Of a DNA stretch of 59,818 nucleotides, positions 56,143 through 59,818 are shown in pieces. Every line of letters starts with the position of its first letter. The first letter of the stretch is position 1. Origin of the DNA: a virus (Duplodnaviria; Caudoviricetes); IMG/VR virus record IMGVR_UViG_3300020400_000007, positions 1 to 59,818 of that record, one strand, 5' to 3'. Made by a program: the position numbers and the translations under genes. The notes under the pieces are model-generated. The model worked only from the letters and a program-made list of their open reading frames with translations, had not been told where the DNA came from and searched no databases.

Positions 56143-58749
56143 ATGGTTCAAGTTACATATCAAGGCGGAGGAATGGATGGAGTTACATCTAATGCCGCTT
56201 CGGAAGCCACATTACAGCTACTTTTAAAGGCCATTAGTGGTCAGGGTGGCAATACGGGTGGGGCTCAAGGAGCTTTTGATGGAGCTAATGCCAAGGGCTT
56301 GATAGGTGCTCAGAAACAACAAACTAAGGCAACAAAAGGGGCAACATCTGCCACACAAGATTATACTAAAAGCACAAACTTTGCCAAAGACGCAGTCAAA
56401 AAAATGGGTCAAATGGCATCACGTGTTGGGGGTATGCTTGTTGGTGGACTTACAAACGTAGGAGCAACAGTAGGCAGTTTAGGTAAAGAACTGTTGATGG
56501 GCGGTAATAGGCTCAGCGATTTTTCACAACACGTCACAGGACTTATAAGCACAGTTCCGTTGTTAGGACCAGTGCTTGGAGGTGCAATTCAATCATTAGT
56601 AAACTTTATTGATATGAGCATTGACTCGTTTAGACAAGTTAGTGATGCTGGTATTGACTTTGGCGGAGGATTGTTTGAAATACAGAAACAAGCGACACAA
56701 ACTTCTTTTAACTTAGAAACATTCGCAGGTGCATTGGCAGATGGATCAAACAACCTTGCGGCTTTGTTTGGAGGAGCAAGTGCTGGTGCTAGAGCATTTA
56801 CAGATTTACAAAAAGAACTTAAACCAAGTATTAAAAATTTAAATGCACTTGGTGTAAGTAATGAACAGGTTGCAGAATTTACCAACGATTATTTAGAACT
56901 ACAAAAGATGAGAGGTGGTGTTGAAGGAAGAACTTCAAGACAACTTGCTCAAGGAACCACCGATTACATTCAACAACTTGATAGACTTTCTAAAATAACT
57001 GGTATGACAAGAAAGCAGGCGGCTGAAGCATTACGTGAACAAATGGCTGATAAAAGAATACAGGCTTTGATGGCGGCAGTTGATCCAAAGGTGCGTGAAA
57101 ACATGGAAGGAACTTTTGTTGCATTAGGTAACGTAGGACCTGCGTTCAAAGATGGTATCATGGAGTTGGTTGCAACAGGTGGTGTACCTATGAGTGAGAT
57201 GGGTGAAAGTATTGCGGCAATGATGCCGGAAGTTGTACAAGCAACAAAAGATTTAAAATCAGGTGCAATTGATCAAGATGAATTTACAAGAATTTTACAG
57301 GCTAGTCAGAAAAAAGCACAAGAAAGATTAAAAGAAGAAGGTGTAAACATAGCGACACAAAAACAAATGGGTGTTACACTTTTTGATTCAGTTTTAGATT
57401 TAGCAAAAGCTGGTAAGATAGCAGGACAAGACTCTGAGGCAAGACAACAACAACTTGAAGCACAACAAAATATACAAAGAGCTTTGCTAAACTTTGAACA
57501 AGTAATACAAGATATAAGAAATAAAATTTACAATAGATTAATTGAAAGCGGATTGTTTGATAAGTTCTCAGAACTTATGGGTAAGTTACAAACCAAGTTT
57601 ACACAATTCATGGATAGCAAAGGACTTGACTTAATTGAAACGTATGTTGATAAACTTGTAGATTATATAGGTAGGTTTATAGATGATCTCGGCAAACTTA
57701 ACTTCAATGAAATGCTTACAAAATATTTAATAGATCCTATCAAAGGATTATTTGGCTTTAAGAAAAGTGGAGGAGATTCAAGTGCAGGAATAGACGGCCC
57801 AGGTGGCGAAGCACAAGGCGATGTCAAAGCTGGATTCTTACAACCAATAGTAGATGCGTTCAAAGATTTTGCAAAATATCTTGTAATAGGTGGAGTTGGC
57901 CTTGCAGTTATACTTGGCGGAATAGGTGTAGCTTTAGGATTATTGGCGGCACCGGCCGCGGCGGCATCACCTGGATTATTAGCAATAGGAGCCGCGTTTG
58001 CAGGAATAGGTGTAGCGGCAGGTGGTATTGCTATGCTTATAGAAGCTATCACAAGTTCAGTAGGAAACTTGGCCGATGGTGCTAAAAAGTTTGAAGAACT
58101 TGATGCTGATCAATTAAAATTAGTAGGTGGCGGACTTAAAGAACTTACAGGTCCAATCATGGATCTTGCCAAAGGTGGTATTGTTGCAAACTTTGTTGGT
58201 TCAGGTGCGTTTGAAAATCTTGCAAATGGTATTAGAGAATTTGAAAATGTGGATCCAACCAAACTACACGCAGTTGGACCTGCATTAGTAAGTTTACACA
58301 AAGGAATGAGTGCGTTCACAGGCGACGGTGTGCTTGACAGTATTGGTAAAGCATTAGGAAGTTTATTTGGAGGCAGTTCGGGTAGCATATCAGATCTTGC
58401 AGACGATGTAAAAGAATTTGCTGACGTTGATGCACAAGGTTTGAAAGCAATTGGAGAAGGTTTACAAGGTATTGCAAACTTTATTGAGTCGATGGACGGA
58501 GCCAATTTAAGAAACGTTTCTAAATCACTCACAGAACTTACAAAACAACTAGGTGACTATCAAGCTCAGTACAGTAAATTGGATTCTGAAGCAAAAGCAA
58601 ATCTCGTTAGCAACTTTTCTTCTTTTGGTGAAGGCCAGAAGGGTGCCGCAGATAAGTTAGATCAGTTAAATACTAGTGTTAACCAAATGTTAGCAGAATT
58701 AAGAAAAATAGCAAGTACGTCAAGAGATACTGCTGACAATTTGGTATAG
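56143..58749 (+). CDS. Tail tape measure protein
   Basis: 868 aa, helical and Ala/Gly-rich; NAASEATL, LDRLSKITGMTRKQ; hydrophobic Gly/Ala segment; sits between the chaperone and the portal. Confidence 0.75.
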   Translation: MVQVTYQGGGMDGVTSNAASEATLQLLLKAISGQGGNTGGAQGAFDGANAKGLIGAQKQQTKATKGATSATQDYTKSTNFAKDAVKKMGQMASRVGGMLVGGLTNVGATVGSLGKELLMGGNRLSDFSQHVTGLISTVPLLGPVLGGAIQSLVNFIDMSIDSFRQVSDAGIDFGGGLFEIQKQATQTSFNLETFAGALADGSNNLAALFGGASAGARAFTDLQKELKPSIKNLNALGVSNEQVAEFTNDYLELQKMRGGVEGRTSRQLAQGTTDYIQQLDRLSKITGMTRKQAAEALREQMADKRIQALMAAVDPKVRENMEGTFVALGNVGPAFKDGIMELVATGGVPMSEMGESIAAMMPEVVQATKDLKSGAIDQDEFTRILQASQKKAQERLKEEGVNIATQKQMGVTLFDSVLDLAKAGKIAGQDSEARQQQLEAQQNIQRALLNFEQVIQDIRNKIYNRLIESGLFDKFSELMGKLQTKFTQFMDSKGLDLIETYVDKLVDYIGRFIDDLGKLNFNEMLTKYLIDPIKGLFGFKKSGGDSSAGIDGPGGEAQGDVKAGFLQPIVDAFKDFAKYLVIGGVGLAVILGGIGVALGLLAAPAAAASPGLLAIGAAFAGIGVAAGGIAMLIEAITSSVGNLADGAKKFEELDADQLKLVGGGLKELTGPIMDLAKGGIVANFVGSGAFENLANGIREFENVDPTKLHAVGPALVSLHKGMSAFTGDGVLDSIGKALGSLFGGSSGSISDLADDVKEFADVDAQGLKAIGEGLQGIANFIESMDGANLRNVSKSLTELTKQLGDYQAQYSKLDSEAKANLVSNFSSFGEGQKGAADKLDQLNTSVNQMLAELRKIASTSRDTADNLV

Positions 58750-58757
58750 GAAAATAA

Positions 58758-59818
58758 ATGAGTTGGAAAAGATATTTCAATCCGGTTAAAGCAGAACAAG
58801 GTGGTTCCGGAAATTATAGTCCGTTGGGTGGTACTGGTAATTCCGGTATGGGTCCGGCTCAAGCAAATTATTCTTCATATCTTCCAGATGTATATGTAGG
58901 TTCACCTAATCGTGTTGAACGTTATGGACAATACAACACAATGGATTTGGATTCAGAAGTAAATGCCGCTCTTGACATATTAGCAGAATTTTGTACACAA
59001 AAAAACAAAGCAAACAACTCACCTTTTATAATTGACTTCAAACAAAAAGCAACAAATTCAGAAGTACAAACACTTAAATTGTATATGCAACAATGGTGCA
59101 AGATACAAAACTTTGAAACAAAAATGTTTCGTGTTATGCGTAACGTATTCAAATATGGTGATGCATTTTTTATTAGAGATCCTGAAACTAAAAAATGGTT
59201 TTATTGTGATCCAGCAAACGTTTCACGTATAATTGTAAACGAATCACGCGGTAAAGAACCAGAACAATACATCATAAGAAATGTAAATTTAAATTTTAAA
59301 GATGCAGTAGCAACAACGCCACATCAAACATCAGGTAACGTTACAGGTGGTGGCAGTGGTTATCAGCAAGGCGGTGTGCGTGGTTATGTTGGTGCACCTA
59401 ATCAAGGTTTATCAGGAGGTAGATTCCAAAAAGACGTACAAGAAATTGCTATCGCGGCAGAGAACGTTGTACACTTGAGTTTATCAGAAGGGCTTGATAA
59501 CAACTTTCCATTTGGTAACAGTTTATTAGAAGGTATATTTAAAGTATACAAACAAAAAGAATTACTTGAAGATGCAATTATAATTTATAGGGTACAAAGA
59601 GCACCAGAACGTAGAGTTTTTTACGTTGACGTGGGTAATATGCCATCACACTTGGCAATGCAATTTGTAGAACGTGTAAAAACAGACATACACCAAAGAA
59701 GAATACCAAGTTCAACAGGAGGTGGTAACAATGTTATTGATAGTGCATACAATCCATTGTCAATCAATGAAGATTACTTCTTCCCACAAACAGCAGAAGG
59801 TAGAGGATCTAAAGTAGA
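58758..59818 (+). CDS. gp20: Portal protein, T4 gp20-like (3' end outside window)
   Basis: ATG 58758 MSWKRYF; MDLDSEVNAALDILAEFC; LLEDAIIIYRVQRAPERRVFYVDVGNMP; EDYFFP. Absent from the ORF track because it is truncated. Confidence 0.93.
   Translation, partial: MSWKRYFNPVKAEQGGSGNYSPLGGTGNSGMGPAQANYSSYLPDVYVGSPNRVERYGQYNTMDLDSEVNAALDILAEFCTQKNKANNSPFIIDFKQKATNSEVQTLKLYMQQWCKIQNFETKMFRVMRNVFKYGDAFFIRDPETKKWFYCDPANVSRIIVNESRGKEPEQYIIRNVNLNFKDAVATTPHQTSGNVTGGGSGYQQGGVRGYVGAPNQGLSGGRFQKDVQEIAIAAENVVHLSLSEGLDNNFPFGNSLLEGIFKVYKQKELLEDAIIIYRVQRAPERRVFYVDVGNMPSHLAMQFVERVKTDIHQRRIPSSTGGGNNVIDSAYNPLSINEDYFFPQTAEGRGSKV

Noticed and set aside
58922-59232. Short ORFs 58922..59152 (-) and 59032..59232 (+)
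   Set aside because: They lie within the portal gene, which the track missed because it is truncated
1-59818. Alternative genetic code (stop codon reassignment)
   Set aside because: Standard code 11 gives full-length, tightly packed genes, and TAA, TAG and TGA all occur as stops

Overview
AT-rich fragment of a large T4-like (myovirus, probably jumbo) phage genome. No host-chromosome genes, tRNA, rRNA, CRISPR array or IS element were seen. 1-13.1 kb: an accessory sugar/modification cluster with 3 radical SAM enzymes, UDP-glucose dehydrogenase, about 5 glycosyltransferase-like proteins, 2 SGNH hydrolases, a 2OG-Fe(II) oxygenase, a zf-CHCC protein and a GIY-YIG protein. 13.1-44.6 kb (minus strand): tail fibre and baseplate operon with paralogous fibre proteins, a 4906-aa wedge protein and gp6, gp25, gp5, hub, gp53 and tube-cap homologues. 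44.7-49.0 kb: gp55 late sigma factor, gp47/gp46 recombination nuclease and a minimal GIY-YIG protein. Next comes a ~400-nt highly structured non-coding region. The rest holds putative internal head proteins, a gp26-like chaperone with a likely programmed -1 frameshift, an inserted hydroxylase/amidinotransferase cassette, the tape measure and the portal (truncated by the window end). Best leads: the structured RNA next to the minimal GIY-YIG nuclease, the frameshift, a bipartite late promoter motif, and the late-expressed glycan-modification cluster. All protein calls come from recognising motifs by eye; no database searches were run.
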